This document shows positions 1-9,898 of a stretch of 64,000 bases of DNA, one piece after another. Position 1 is the first letter of the stretch; the number at the start of each line of letters is the position of its first letter. The stretch is from an uncultured Actinomycetes bacterium. GTDB taxonomy: Bacteria > Actinomycetota > UBA4738 > HRBIN12. Both the position numbers and the translations under genes were made by a program. The notes below the pieces were generated by a model, which saw only the letters and a program-made list of their open reading frames with translations, ran no database searches and was not told where the DNA came from. The stretch is taken from contig CAVPIB010000008.1 in the NCBI GenBank assembly GCA_963704885.1, positions 32,001 to 96,000 on the forward strand, read 5' to 3'.

Positions 1-801
1 AAACTCTGGGCGCTCGACCTGGCGATCCGGTGCATCGACCTAACGACCCTGGAAGGGACCGACACGGTCGGCAAGATCGTGGCCATGTGCTCCAAGGCGG
101 TCAGGCCGGATCCCGTCGATACGACGATCCCTTCGGTAGCAGCCGTGTGTCTTTACCCGCAGCTCGTTCCGGTGGCCGCCGCGCAGCTCGCCGGGACGGG
201 CGTGCACGTGGCGAGTGTCGCGGGCGCTTTCCCCGCGGGGCTCGGTCCCTTGGACACCCGCCTGCGCGAGATCGCGGAGGTCGTGGAGCTGGGCGCCGAC
301 GAGGTGGACATCGTGTTGAACCGTTCGCTGTTCCTCGGCGGCCGCTACGCCCAGGCGTACGAGGAGCTGGTCGCGGCCCGGGACGCCGCGGGATCGGCCC
401 ACCTGAAGGTCATCCTGGAGATAGGGGAGCTTGGGAGCTATGACCGGATCCGACAGGCCTCCGTGCTCGCCATGGCCGCCGGCGCCGACTTCATCAAGAC
501 CTCGACCGGGAAGATCGGCACGGGCGCCACGCTCCCGGCCGCGCTCTGCATGATGGAGGCCGCGCGCGACTTCCACCGTCAGACAGGCGTGGAGGTCGGC
601 GTGAAGGTCGCCGGTGGAGTTCGGACATCGAAGAACGCCATCCAGTACCTGACGCTGCTGTACGAGACCCTCGGTCCCGAGTGGATGACGCCCGAGCGGT
701 TCCGCATCGGAGCGTCCACACTCCTGAACGACGTGATCATGCAGATCGACGCGCAGCGGACGGGCCGTTACCAGGGCCGCGACTACTTCACGATCGACTG
801 A
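1..801 (+). CDS. deoC: Deoxyribose-phosphate aldolase (5'-truncated by the window edge)
   Basis: Frame is open from base 1 (KLWALDLAIRCIDLTTLEG). Motifs GADEVDIV, HLKVILE, GADFIKTSTGK, GVKVAGGVR, FRIGAS. Confidence 0.95.
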   Translation, partial: KLWALDLAIRCIDLTTLEGTDTVGKIVAMCSKAVRPDPVDTTIPSVAAVCLYPQLVPVAAAQLAGTGVHVASVAGAFPAGLGPLDTRLREIAEVVELGADEVDIVLNRSLFLGGRYAQAYEELVAARDAAGSAHLKVILEIGELGSYDRIRQASVLAMAAGADFIKTSTGKIGTGATLPAALCMMEAARDFHRQTGVEVGVKVAGGVRTSKNAIQYLTLLYETLGPEWMTPERFRIGASTLLNDVIMQIDAQRTGRYQGRDYFTID

Positions 802-814
802 GGCGTGAGCTGAC

Positions 815-2287
815 ATGAGCGACGCGATCGAACGCCCATCGGCTACTTGGGAGTACGCGCCCGCGCCGGAGTCCACCGGGATCGTCCGGCTGGAGGACCG
901 CTACGGCCTGTTCGTGAACGGCGAGTTCGTGGAGCCGAAATCCGGGAAGTGGTTCACCACGATCAACCCTGCCACCGAGGAACCGCTCGCCGAGGTCGCG
1001 GAAGCAGGTGCCGAAGACGTGGGCCTGGCCGTCGACGCCGCGCGCGACGCGTACGAACTGCGTTGGCGCTCGCTCCCCGGCTCCGAGCGCGCGAAGTACC
1101 TCTACCGGATCGCGCGTCAGCTGCAGGAGCGCGCGCGGGAGTTCGCGGTCCTGGAATCGATGAACGGCGGCAAGCCCATCAAGGAGTCGCGCGACATAGA
1201 CTTGCCGCTCGCGGCGGCGCACTTCTTCTACTACGCGGGCTGGGCCGACAAGCTCGAGTACGCGTTCCCCGGCCGGACGCCTTCGCCTATCGGGGTTGCG
1301 GGGCAGATCATCCCGTGGAACTTCCCCATGCTCATGGCTGCGTGGAAGCTGGCGCCAGCGCTCGCGACCGGGAACACCGCGGTGCTGAAGCCCGCCGAGA
1401 CCACGCCGCTCACGGCCCTGCTGCTCGCGCAGGTGATCCAGGAAGCCGAGCTGCCCCCGGGCGTGGTGAACATCGTGACCGGAGCAGGGGAGACCGGCGC
1501 AGCGCTGGTGGAGTCCTCCGTCGACAAGGTGGCTTTCACCGGCTCGACCGAGGTCGGCAAGATCATCCGCCGGACGATCGCCGGAAGCGGCAAGCGCCTG
1601 ACGCTGGAGCTCGGAGGCAAGGCCGCGAACATCGTGTTCGAAGACGCCCCTCTCGACCAGGCGATCGAGGGCGTGGTGAACGGGATCTTCTTCAACCAGG
1701 GCCACGTGTGCTGCGCGGGCTCGCGCCTGTTGGTGCAGGAACCGGTCTTCGATGTGCTGATGGACAAGCTCAAGGAGCGTCTGCAGACGTTGCGCGTGGG
1801 CGATCCGCTCGACAAGAACACGGACGTCGGCGCGATCAACTCACGAGCGCAGCTGCTCAAGATCGAGGAGTTGGTCGCGTCCGGCGTGGAGGAAGGCGCC
1901 GAGATGTACCAGCCCGAGTGTGTGCTTCCCGAACGCGGGTTCTGGTTCCGGCCAACGTTGTTCACGGGTGTCTCGCAGTCGCACCGGATCGCGCGCGAGG
2001 AGATCTTCGGACCCGTTCTTTCGATCCTGACGTTCCGAACGCCCGAGGAGGCCGTGGAGAAGGCGAACAACTCGCCGTACGGCCTATCCGCCGGCGTGTG
2101 GACCGAGAAGGGGTCGCGCATCCTGTGGATGGCCGAACGCCTGCGCGCCGGCGTGGTCTGGGCGAACACGTTCAACCGGTTCGATCCGGCGTCGCCGTTC
2201 GGCGGCTACAAGGAGAGCGGCTTCGGTCGCGAGGGCGGTCTTCAAGGGCTCGAGCCGTACCTGCGCCTGGACGGAGGTTCGTCGTGA
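815..2287 (+). CDS. NAD-dependent aldehyde dehydrogenase (ALDH16-like catalytic part), probably oxidising DeoC-derived acetaldehyde
   Basis: IIPWNFP, KPAE, FTGSTEVG, LELGGK (catalytic Glu), GHVCCAGSR (catalytic Cys), EEIFGP, PFGGYKESG. Confidence 0.93.
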   Translation: MSDAIERPSATWEYAPAPESTGIVRLEDRYGLFVNGEFVEPKSGKWFTTINPATEEPLAEVAEAGAEDVGLAVDAARDAYELRWRSLPGSERAKYLYRIARQLQERAREFAVLESMNGGKPIKESRDIDLPLAAAHFFYYAGWADKLEYAFPGRTPSPIGVAGQIIPWNFPMLMAAWKLAPALATGNTAVLKPAETTPLTALLLAQVIQEAELPPGVVNIVTGAGETGAALVESSVDKVAFTGSTEVGKIIRRTIAGSGKRLTLELGGKAANIVFEDAPLDQAIEGVVNGIFFNQGHVCCAGSRLLVQEPVFDVLMDKLKERLQTLRVGDPLDKNTDVGAINSRAQLLKIEELVASGVEEGAEMYQPECVLPERGFWFRPTLFTGVSQSHRIAREEIFGPVLSILTFRTPEEAVEKANNSPYGLSAGVWTEKGSRILWMAERLRAGVVWANTFNRFDPASPFGGYKESGFGREGGLQGLEPYLRLDGGSS

Positions 2288-3150
2288 AAGAAAACGTTGA
2301 GCGCATACCGGTCAAGCGCACGGCGAAGCTCTTCATCGGCGGCAAGTTCCCGCGCAGCGAATCGGGACACGCCTACGAGGTTCAAGCGCACGACGGGCGA
2401 CCGCTCGGATGGGTGGCGAAGGCGTCGCGCAAGGACCTACGCGACGCCGTGGTTGCTGCCCGCGCCGCCCAGCCAGGCTGGGCGGCGCTCACCGCCTACA
2501 ACAGGGGTCAGATCCTCTACCGCGTGGCCGAGCTGATGGAGGGCCGCCGCGCGCAGTTCGTCCAGGAGCTTACGGACACCGGTGCCTCCGACCCCGAGCG
2601 CGGGATCGATTCCGCGATCGACCGATGGGTCTGGTACGCGGGATGGTGCGACAAGATCCACCAGGCGCTCGGCTCCACGAACCCTGTGGCCGGGCCGTAC
2701 TTCAACTTCACCCTCCCGGAGCCGACGGGTGTGGTCGGCGTCGTGCCCCCAGCGGAGCAGCCGTTGCTCGGCCTGGTGTCCCGGATCGCGCCGGCGATCG
2801 TCTCGGGGAACGCCGTCGTGGTGCTGGCGTCGGAGAGCGGCCCGCTTCCGGCCGTCTCGCTAGGTGAGGTGCTTGCCACATCCGACGTCCCGGGCGGCGT
2901 GGTGAACATCCTGACCGGCTCCACCGCCGAGCTGGTCCCGTGGCTCGCCGGGCACATGGACGTGAACGCGATCGACGTCACGGGAGTGCCCGTCGAGCTG
3001 CTCCCTGAGATCGAGCGCCTTGCCGCCGAGAACGTGAAGCGGATCCACCGAGCGCCCACAGGTGACCCGTTCAGCGCAGATGCGCAGAGCCCGTACGAGA
3101 TCACGGCGCTGATGGAGTTCAAGACCGTCTGGCACCCTATCGGGGCGTAG
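2284..3150 (+). CDS. Short aldehyde dehydrogenase-family protein lacking the catalytic domain (ALDH16 C-terminal Rossmann-like module)
   Basis: GTG start overlaps the upstream stop (GTGA). 288 aa with KLFIGGKFPRSESG, EPTGVVG, PGGVVNILTG and KTVWHPIG; no LELGGK or catalytic Cys segment. Confidence 0.85.
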   Translation: MKENVERIPVKRTAKLFIGGKFPRSESGHAYEVQAHDGRPLGWVAKASRKDLRDAVVAARAAQPGWAALTAYNRGQILYRVAELMEGRRAQFVQELTDTGASDPERGIDSAIDRWVWYAGWCDKIHQALGSTNPVAGPYFNFTLPEPTGVVGVVPPAEQPLLGLVSRIAPAIVSGNAVVVLASESGPLPAVSLGEVLATSDVPGGVVNILTGSTAELVPWLAGHMDVNAIDVTGVPVELLPEIERLAAENVKRIHRAPTGDPFSADAQSPYEITALMEFKTVWHPIGA

Positions 3151-3193
3151 ACGGGGGTAGCCACTCAAGCGCGGCTGAGGCATCATCCACGCT

Positions 3194-4855
3194 ATGGTCA
3201 GCGAGGCCGGATCCGGTCCGCTCGCGCGCGGCAGCGAAGCGCTCCTGAGCGGTGACTGGGAAGGCGCTCGAGGGGCGTTCGAGGCGAGTCTCGCCGAGGA
3301 CCCTTCCGCGACCGCAGAGGAGGGACTCGGTCGCGCTCTCTGGTGGCTCCGGGACACCGAGGCCGCGATCTCGCATGTCGAGCGAGCCTACGCCGCCCAT
3401 CGACTGGCCGGGGAGGTTAGCCGAGCGGCAGCGAACGCCCTCTGGCTCTCGCGCGAGTTCGCGGCCGCGTACGGCAACGCAGCCGTGAGCGCGGGCTGGT
3501 ACGCACGCGCGGAGGGCCTGCTGGAGGACGCGGGCGATGTTCCGGAGCGAGGGTGGTTGGCGCTCGCCAGGGCCGAGCGCTCGGAGATCCCCCAGGAGAT
3601 GCTGCAGCACGCGAAGAAGGCGCTCGAAACGGCGCGGCGCCTCGGCGATAGCGACCTCGAGGCGGCCGCCCTGGTGAGGGCCGGGTACGCGGAGGTCGCG
3701 GCGGGAGATGTGGTGCCGGGCACGGCCAAGGTCGACGAGGGGCTCGCCGCGGCGACCGGTGGGGAAGTGAGCAGTCTGGAGACGATCGGGGACGTGATCT
3801 GTGTGGGGATCGCGGCGTGTGAGCTCGCGGCCGACTGGCAGCGTATCGAGCAGTGGGGACAAGCCGTCGAGGGGTGGATCAACTCGAACGATCACGTGGC
3901 GGTGCTCGGATTCTGCTACGCATGCTGCGCGGAGATGTTCATCGCATCCGGCGAGTGGGAGATGGCCGACGGGATGCTCGCCGAAGGCCTGCGGGCCATG
4001 CAGGCCGCGAACCTGCGAGCCCGGTGCGTTCACCCCGCGGCCAAGCTGGCAGAGCTCCGTGTGGTGCAAGGCCGCTACGAGGAAGCCGCCCAGCTGCTCG
4101 CCGGGTTCGAGGAGCTTCCGGAGTCGACCCACGCGTTGGCGTCGCTGCATCTGGCGAACGGCGAGACGGCGATGGCTGCGGCCGTCCTGCATAGACGTCT
4201 CAACTCCGTCGGGGTCGACAGCGTCCTCGCCGCGCCCTTCCTGGATCTCCTGGTGAATGTACAACTCGTGCAGGGTGATCTCGATGGCGCCGCAGCGACG
4301 ACCGCCCGGCTGGAAGTCGTCGCCCAGCGCTCATCGCTCCCCAGGATCACGGCCATGGCTACGTTCGCAAGGGGTCGCGTCGCAGCGGGCCAGAAGGATC
4401 CGGGGGCACCTCAGCTCCTCGGGTCGGCGGTCTCGCTGTTCGCAGCACAGAAGCTCCCTCTCGACGCTGCCCGAGCCCGGTTCGAGTTGGCTGGAACGCT
4501 CCGGGGATCCGAGCCGGAGGTCGCGATCGGCGAAGCTCGCACCGCCCTGGCGGAGTTCGAGAGACTCGGCGCGCCGCGAGATGCCGACGCAGCTGCGGCC
4601 TTCCTCCGCCAGCAAGGGGTCGCCGGACGAACGGGGCCCAAGGGCCTCGGTCTGCTGAGTCGGCGAGAGAAGGAGGTGCTCGCGCTCCTCGGTGAGGGTC
4701 TGACGAACGCCGAGATCGCGGCGCGTCTGTATATCAGCACTAAGACGGCGGGCAACCACGTGAGCAGCGTGCTCTCGAAGCTGAATCTTCGGAGCCGCAC
4801 GGAGGCCGCGGCCTATGCGATCAGGTACCTGGGCGAAGGATCCACCCAGAGATAG
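3194..4855 (+). CDS. LuxR-family transcriptional regulator with TPR-like helical sensor region
   Basis: C-terminal [46 protein letters not shown], preceded by Ala/Leu-rich helical repeats. Confidence 0.9.
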   Translation: MVSEAGSGPLARGSEALLSGDWEGARGAFEASLAEDPSATAEEGLGRALWWLRDTEAAISHVERAYAAHRLAGEVSRAAANALWLSREFAAAYGNAAVSAGWYARAEGLLEDAGDVPERGWLALARAERSEIPQEMLQHAKKALETARRLGDSDLEAAALVRAGYAEVAAGDVVPGTAKVDEGLAAATGGEVSSLETIGDVICVGIAACELAADWQRIEQWGQAVEGWINSNDHVAVLGFCYACCAEMFIASGEWEMADGMLAEGLRAMQAANLRARCVHPAAKLAELRVVQGRYEEAAQLLAGFEELPESTHALASLHLANGETAMAAAVLHRRLNSVGVDSVLAAPFLDLLVNVQLVQGDLDGAAATTARLEVVAQRSSLPRITAMATFARGRVAAGQKDPGAPQLLGSAVSLFAAQKLPLDAARARFELAGTLRGSEPEVAIGEARTALAEFERLGAPRDADAAAAFLRQQGVAGRTGPKGLGLLSRREKEVLALLGEGLTNAEIAARLYISTKTAGNHVSSVLSKLNLRSRTEAAAYAIRYLGEGSTQR

Positions 4856-4869
4856 GGAATCCTCCCCAT
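4852..4869. promoter_or_regulatory. Candidate operator: imperfect inverted repeat ATAGGGA-N4-TCCCCAT
   Basis: Overlaps the LuxR stop codon and lies upstream of the SRPBCC-cupin genes; 6/7 bp dyad symmetry. Confidence 0.45.
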
Positions 4870-4925
4870 CCTTCACAGCACCCACCCGGCGCACCATGGT
4901 CGCGTCAGCGACGAAGGGAGGCGCC

Positions 4926-5498
4926 ATGAAGGAGCAACACGTGGGGGCCCAGCGCGTCAACGCGCTCGGCGAAGGCAAGGAGTTGGTCATCCGGACCGAG
5001 GAGCGCTCGGGGGCCCGGGCGGAGGTCGTGTTCGACCTGCTCGCGGATCTTCAGAGCCACCTGGAGTGGGGGGGTGCGATGCAGGGAAAGAAGACACGGC
5101 TCGTCTCCCTGGATGCGCCCGAGGGTCCGGCGAGGGTCGGGACGGAGTTCGAGACCGCCGGAGCCGATCCCATGGGGCGGTTCGGCGATCGCTCGGTGGT
5201 GACGGAGGCAGCGCCGGGTGAGGTGTTCGAGTTCGTCACCGAGGCGAGGCTCCAGACGAAGAAGGGCGGGTCCGTCGATTGGACCGTGGTCCACCGATAC
5301 GAGCTCTCATCGGACGGCGCCGGTTGCCGGATCGTAGGAACGGACAGGGTCAAGAGGATCAGCGCGCTCCCGGGGATGCTCGGGATGTTCCGGATCCCCG
5401 TCCTGCGTTGGATCGGCCTGAGGGCAGCGACGGCCGTGGCCAGGCGGGGCGTCCGCAACCTCGCGAAGCTCGCGGAGCAGCGCTCATCTCAAGTCTGA
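4926..5498 (+). CDS. SRPBCC (polyketide cyclase/START-like) family protein
   Basis: SD AAGGGAGG before the ATG at 4926. AEVVFDLLADLQSHLEW, GPARVGTEF, VTEAAPGEVFEF, and a C-terminal helix ending NLAKLAE. Confidence 0.75.
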   Translation: MKEQHVGAQRVNALGEGKELVIRTEERSGARAEVVFDLLADLQSHLEWGGAMQGKKTRLVSLDAPEGPARVGTEFETAGADPMGRFGDRSVVTEAAPGEVFEFVTEARLQTKKGGSVDWTVVHRYELSSDGAGCRIVGTDRVKRISALPGMLGMFRIPVLRWIGLRAATAVARRGVRNLAKLAEQRSSQV

Positions 5499-5550
5499 CA
5501 TCGGTCGATCCGGGGCTTGGAGCGGGAGATCCCCGCAGAAGGAGGAAGAG

Positions 5551-5928
5551 ATGCCCAAGACGTCGAAGGAGCAGGCGGCCGAGTCGTTCGCCGCTGAAGG
5601 GTTCGAGGGGCACTATCAGGAGCTAGAGGGCTACACGATCGGCTTCGAGCACTACACGGCCGAAGCGGATCTGTCCGACCTGTTCAAGGGACTCCCGGAC
5701 GACGCCTGCCAGTGCAACCACATGGGCGTTGTGCTGTCGGGCAGGCTCGTGTTCTCGTACACGGACGGCACGCAGGACGTGATCACCGCCGGGGAGGCCT
5801 ATGTCACGAAGCGCGGACACACCCCCAAGATCTTCCCCGGGACCGAGGTCATCGAGTTCAGCCGGACCGACGAGTTCAGCGAAACGATGGAAGTGGTGGC
5901 GAAGAACATGGAGGCCGCTGGCAGCTGA
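5551..5928 (+). CDS. Cupin-domain protein
   Basis: SD AAGGAGG. GLPDDACQCNHMGVVLSG and AGEAYVTKRGH cupin motifs. Confidence 0.8.
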   Translation: MPKTSKEQAAESFAAEGFEGHYQELEGYTIGFEHYTAEADLSDLFKGLPDDACQCNHMGVVLSGRLVFSYTDGTQDVITAGEAYVTKRGHTPKIFPGTEVIEFSRTDEFSETMEVVAKNMEAAGS

Positions 5929-5965
5929 GCCTGGGCCGATGCCACCGGGGCTCCGGACATGGCCC

Positions 5966-6007
5966 GATGCCCGGTCGCGCGTTTGCGCGTTTGCGCGACC
6001 GGGCATC
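5966..6007. terminator. Strong hairpin, probable intrinsic terminator
   Basis: Perfect 15-bp inverted repeat GATGCCCGGTCGCGC / GCGCGACCGGGCATC with a 12-nt loop, just after the cupin gene. Confidence 0.65.
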
Positions 6008-6078
6008 CACCTTCCGCAACGGAATCGTCACAAGTCCAACCGGGGTTCCGTCGCAGGCCGAGAAGTACGATGCGCCAT

Positions 6079-6819
6079 ATGCCCGCATACAAGGAGCAGG
6101 GCGTCGTCCTGCGGTCGATGAAGCTAGGCGAAGCCGACAAGATCGTGACGGTCATGACCCAAGGGTCCGGCAAGGTCCGAGCGGTAGCGAAGGGGATACG
6201 CAAGACCACCAGCCGGTTCGGCGCGCGCCTGGAGCCGTTCACCCATGTCTCACTGATGCTCTACCACGGCCGCGGACAGCTGGACACGATCACCCAGGCC
6301 GAGATCATCACCCCGCACACAGCCATAAGTGAGGATCTGGGACTCTTCGCGGCCGGCGAGACCATGCTTGAGGCCGTGGACAAAGTGGCCGAGGACCATG
6401 AGAGGAACGTCCGGCTGGTGCTGCTGCTCCTGACCGGATTGCGTGCGCTGGAGACACACCCGGCCGACCCGGCCGCCGTCGCGGAGTCGTTCATGCTGAA
6501 GCTGCTGTCGCTCTCAGGGTTCCATCCCAGCCTGACGGGCTGCGCCGCGTGTGGTGCTTCCGATCCGCAGCTGTTCTCAGCCGGCATGGGCGGGGCCGTC
6601 TGCGCGAACTGCGCCGAAGGAGGCGTGGCTCCTGTCTCACGCGAGGCTCTGACCTATCTCCAGACGCTGGCGGTCGCCGACATGGCGCAGACCGACACCA
6701 TCCCCGCGCCCGACGTCCGCGTTCGCAAGGAATCACGAGGGCTGCTCTACGGTTTCGCGGAGTACCACCTGGAGCGGCGGATGAAGTCGCTCTCCATGCT
6801 CGCCAGGACGGCGCCGTGA
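6079..6819 (+). CDS. recO: DNA repair protein RecO
   Basis: GVVLRSMKLGEADKIV, GKVRAVAKGIRKTTSRFGARLEPF, Zn finger CAAC...CANC. TACGAT lies 7 nt before the ATG. Confidence 0.95.
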   Translation: MPAYKEQGVVLRSMKLGEADKIVTVMTQGSGKVRAVAKGIRKTTSRFGARLEPFTHVSLMLYHGRGQLDTITQAEIITPHTAISEDLGLFAAGETMLEAVDKVAEDHERNVRLVLLLLTGLRALETHPADPAAVAESFMLKLLSLSGFHPSLTGCAACGASDPQLFSAGMGGAVCANCAEGGVAPVSREALTYLQTLAVADMAQTDTIPAPDVRVRKESRGLLYGFAEYHLERRMKSLSMLARTAP

Positions 6820-7556
6820 GCAGCTTCCTGCCCGACATCGATCCCGAACGCGTGCCGGCGCACGTGGCGATCGTGATGGACGGCAACGGCCGCTGGGCGA
6901 CCCAGCGTGGCCTGCAACGCACCGACGGCCACGCGGCGGGGGAGGAGGCATTGGCGGACACCGTCGAAGGCGGCGTCGAGGTCGGGCTCAAGTGGCTCAC
7001 GGTCTTCGCGTTCTCCACCGAGAACTGGCGCCGTCCCGCGGGCGAGGTCCTTTACCTCATGAACTTCAACCGCACGCTCCTGCGTCGCCGGCGCGACCGG
7101 TTCCACGAGTTGAACGTTCGCATCCGGTTCACGGGGCGGCGCGATTGGCGCGTGCCGCGATCGGTGCTGAAGGAGATCTTGGCGGCCGAGGAGCTGACGC
7201 GCGACAACACGGGCATGACGCTCACGATCGCGTTCAACTACGGCGGCCGCGTCGAGATCGTGGACGCCGTGAAGCAGATCGTTCGCGACCACGATGCCGG
7301 CAAGCTCCGAACGGAGAAGATCACGGTCGACGCGATCCACGACCGCCTCTACTACGCGGACATGCCGGACCCGGACCTGCTGATCCGCACCAGCGGCGAG
7401 CAGCGGATCTCGAACTTCCTGCTCTGGCAGGCGGCCTACGCGGAGCTCTGGTTCACTCCGGTGCTCTGGCCCGACTTCGACCGCGAGCATCTGTACGAGG
7501 CGATCCGCGACTTCCAGAAGCGCTCCCGCCGCTTCGGCAACATCGAAGACGACTGA
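6816..7556 (+). CDS. uppS: Polyprenyl/undecaprenyl diphosphate synthase (cis-isoprenyl transferase)
   Basis: HVAIVMDGNGRWA, FAFSTENWRRP, AFNYGGR, DLLIRTSGEQRISNFLLWQ. GTGA overlap with recO. Confidence 0.95.
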   Translation: MSSFLPDIDPERVPAHVAIVMDGNGRWATQRGLQRTDGHAAGEEALADTVEGGVEVGLKWLTVFAFSTENWRRPAGEVLYLMNFNRTLLRRRRDRFHELNVRIRFTGRRDWRVPRSVLKEILAAEELTRDNTGMTLTIAFNYGGRVEIVDAVKQIVRDHDAGKLRTEKITVDAIHDRLYYADMPDPDLLIRTSGEQRISNFLLWQAAYAELWFTPVLWPDFDREHLYEAIRDFQKRSRRFGNIEDD

Positions 7557-7571
7557 CCCGATCCTGCAGCC

Positions 7572-8162
7572 CTAGATGCCGGACAACCAGGCGAGCACCA
7601 CGCCGACGCCCGTCATGGTGCCAAGGACGACCAACGCGTAGCGGGACTCACTGCCTCCCTGGAGGCCGAGGGCGACCACTGCGCCGATCAGAATCAGCCC
7701 GAGGAAGATCAGCACGAGTCTCGGTGGGATAGCGACACGGCGAGAGAGCCACGCCAGCCGCCCGTGGAAGGCGTATCTGCCTTTCGGCGCCGATCCGTCG
7801 GTCCCCTCCGAGATCGGCACACGGACCCAGATGTGCTTGAGCACCAGAACGGCGGCGATCATGTAACCCAACAGGTACCAGAGGAAGAACGGGTTCGCGA
7901 TCTGGAACCCGCCATACAACGTCCACGGCCCACAGGCGATCACCAACAGTGTCGCGATGACTCGACCTCGCGGTCCGAAGGAAGTAGCGCTCTTCGTCCA
8001 CCGTGAATACGCCATGTCGTGGCGTGGCACGTCCACGAAGTTCCCCGGAGCCGACGCGGGCCGTGCCGCGAACTCCGTCACCGGGGCATAGCAATGGATG
8101 CACCAGCGGACCTCGGGAGAGAGGTCCGAGCCGCAGCTACGGCATTCGCGTGGGGCTGGCAT
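7572..8162 (-). CDS. Zinc-ribbon-containing membrane protein of unknown function
   Basis: N-terminal CRSC-x10-CIHC followed by about 4 hydrophobic segments. Confidence 0.65.
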   Translation of the reverse strand: MPAPRECRSCGSDLSPEVRWCIHCYAPVTEFAARPASAPGNFVDVPRHDMAYSRWTKSATSFGPRGRVIATLLVIACGPWTLYGGFQIANPFFLWYLLGYMIAAVLVLKHIWVRVPISEGTDGSAPKGRYAFHGRLAWLSRRVAIPPRLVLIFLGLILIGAVVALGLQGGSESRYALVVLGTMTGVGVVLAWLSGI

Positions 8163-8163
8163 C

Positions 8164-8229
8164 TCACGCGATCCGGTCGCGCTTCAAGTGGTTCACTCCG
8201 TTCGCGCGGCAGCTTGGACAGGTTGGCAT
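8164..8229 (-). CDS. Putative 21-aa CxxC small ORF or leader peptide (MPTCPSCRANGVNHLKRDRIA)
   Basis: Strong SD GGAAGGAG 5-6 nt before the ATG; its stop is 1 nt before the zinc-ribbon gene start. Confidence 0.35.
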   Translation of the reverse strand: MPTCPSCRANGVNHLKRDRIA

Positions 8230-8247
8230 GGCCACTCCTTCCCTGGA

Positions 8248-8269
8248 GGTATCGGACTTGTCCGATACC
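8248..8269. promoter_or_regulatory. Perfect palindrome GGTATCGGAC-TT-GTCCGATACC in a divergent promoter region
   Basis: 10-bp perfect inverted repeat with a 2-nt spacer, between the zinc-ribbon gene and glyQS. Confidence 0.5.
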
Positions 8270-8381
8270 GCCTTGACGCCTGTGAAGGTTGTGTGACCTG
8301 CGCTTCTTCTCGACCCGACGCCGCTACGATGGGCGTTACGCCAGCGGCCGCTGCCAGCGACCGGGAGAGGAGTCACCCGTC

Positions 8382-9695
8382 ATGACCGACCTCATGGAGG
8401 CCGTCACCTCCCTCGCCAAACGCCGAGGGATCGCGTTCCAGTCATCCGAGATCTACGGCGGGTTGCGCTCGTCGTGGGACTACGGTCCGCTCGGGGTGGA
8501 GCTCCGGCGGAACGTCCGCGACGCGTGGTGGCGTTCGATGGTCCAGCTGCGGGACGAGATCGTCGGCTTGGAAGCCGCGATCATCATGTCGCCGAAGGTT
8601 TGGGAGGCCTCCGGTCACGTAGAGGGCTTCCACGATCCGCTGGTCGAGTGCGCCAGTTGCCACAAGCGGTTCCGTGAGGATCATCTGGAGACGCCGCCGG
8701 TCTGTCCCAACTGCGGCGGCTCGGCGTTCACGGAGCCCAAGCACTTCAACCTTATGTTCAAGACGCACATGGGTCCGGTGGACGACGACGGCGCCGTGAC
8801 CTACCTGCGGCCAGAGACGGCGCAGGGCATGTTCGTGGACTTCCCGCAGGTGCAGACCGTGGCGCGCAAGAAGCTGCCGTTCGGCATCGCGCAGATCGGC
8901 AAGTCCTTCCGCAACGAGATCACTCCCGGCAATTTCATCTTCCGCACCCGCGAGTTCGAGCAGATGGAGATGGAGTACTTCGTGGAGCCCGGCACCGATG
9001 ACGAGTGGTTCGGCTACTGGGTCGAGCAACGGCTCCAGTGGTACCTGGACCTGGGCATGACGAAGGACAAACTCCGCCTGCGCCCTCACGATCCCGACGA
9101 ATTGGCGCACTACGCGAAAGCCGCGACCGATGTGGAGTACGAGTTCCCGTTCGGCTGGTCCGAGCTGGAGGGGATCGCCAACAGGACGGACTTCGACCTG
9201 AAGGCGCACATGGAGGCGAGCGGCGAAGACCTCACGTACTTCGATCAGGAGAAGGAGGAGCGGTACCTGCCTTACGTGGTGGAGCCGGCGGCGGGCGTGG
9301 ATCGTACGGTGCTCGCGTTCCTGGTCGACGCCTACACGGTGGACGAGGCGCCGACCTCCAAGGGGGACAAGGAGAAGCGGACCGTCCTGAAGCTGCATCG
9401 CGACCTGGCCCCGATCAAAGCGGCGGTCCTGCCGCTCTCACGCAACGAGAAGCTGGTGCCTGAGGCGCGTCGCGTGTTCGATCTGGTGAAGACCGAGTGG
9501 ATGTGTCAGTACGACGACGCGGGCGCGATCGGGCGCCGTTACCGCCGACAGGACGAGGTGGGGACGCCCTTCTGCGTGACGGTGGACTTCGACTCGCTGG
9601 AGGACAGACAGGTCACGGTCCGGGAGCGGGATTCCATGGCCCAGGAACGGCTGGCGATCGATGGGCTGGTGGCCTACCTCCGGGATCGCCTGTGA
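8382..9695 (+). CDS. glyQS: Glycine--tRNA ligase (alpha2 dimeric type)
   Basis: [57 protein letters not shown]; anticodon domain [14 protein letters not shown]. Confidence 0.97.
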   Translation: MTDLMEAVTSLAKRRGIAFQSSEIYGGLRSSWDYGPLGVELRRNVRDAWWRSMVQLRDEIVGLEAAIIMSPKVWEASGHVEGFHDPLVECASCHKRFREDHLETPPVCPNCGGSAFTEPKHFNLMFKTHMGPVDDDGAVTYLRPETAQGMFVDFPQVQTVARKKLPFGIAQIGKSFRNEITPGNFIFRTREFEQMEMEYFVEPGTDDEWFGYWVEQRLQWYLDLGMTKDKLRLRPHDPDELAHYAKAATDVEYEFPFGWSELEGIANRTDFDLKAHMEASGEDLTYFDQEKEERYLPYVVEPAAGVDRTVLAFLVDAYTVDEAPTSKGDKEKRTVLKLHRDLAPIKAAVLPLSRNEKLVPEARRVFDLVKTEWMCQYDDAGAIGRRYRRQDEVGTPFCVTVDFDSLEDRQVTVRERDSMAQERLAIDGLVAYLRDRL

Positions 9696-9898
9696 TGCAG
9701 GTCGAACCACGCCGCCCGCGTGGATCGATCGTGCTCTACGTGGTCGCCTTCGTGCTGATGGTTGCCGCTGGCGTGGCGCTGGTCGCGTCGGCGAAGGGGC
9801 TGTTGGAGTCGACCCGTCTCCTGTGGGTGTCGACAGGGCTTTCGGTCGGCGCGATCGCGGCGGCCGTCGTGGGACTGTTCATCCCGCGTCGCCGGTGA
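9695..9898 (+). CDS. Small two-TM membrane protein
   Basis: TGATG overlap with glyQS; 67 aa with two hydrophobic helices and an RRR tail. Confidence 0.65.
   Translation: MQVEPRRPRGSIVLYVVAFVLMVAAGVALVASAKGLLESTRLLWVSTGLSVGAIAAAVVGLFIPRRR

Noticed and set aside
847-2283. Long N-terminal extension of the 767-aa ORF 847..3150
   Set aside because: Arg/Gly-rich off-frame shadow of the ALDH gene; the real protein starts at GTG 2284.
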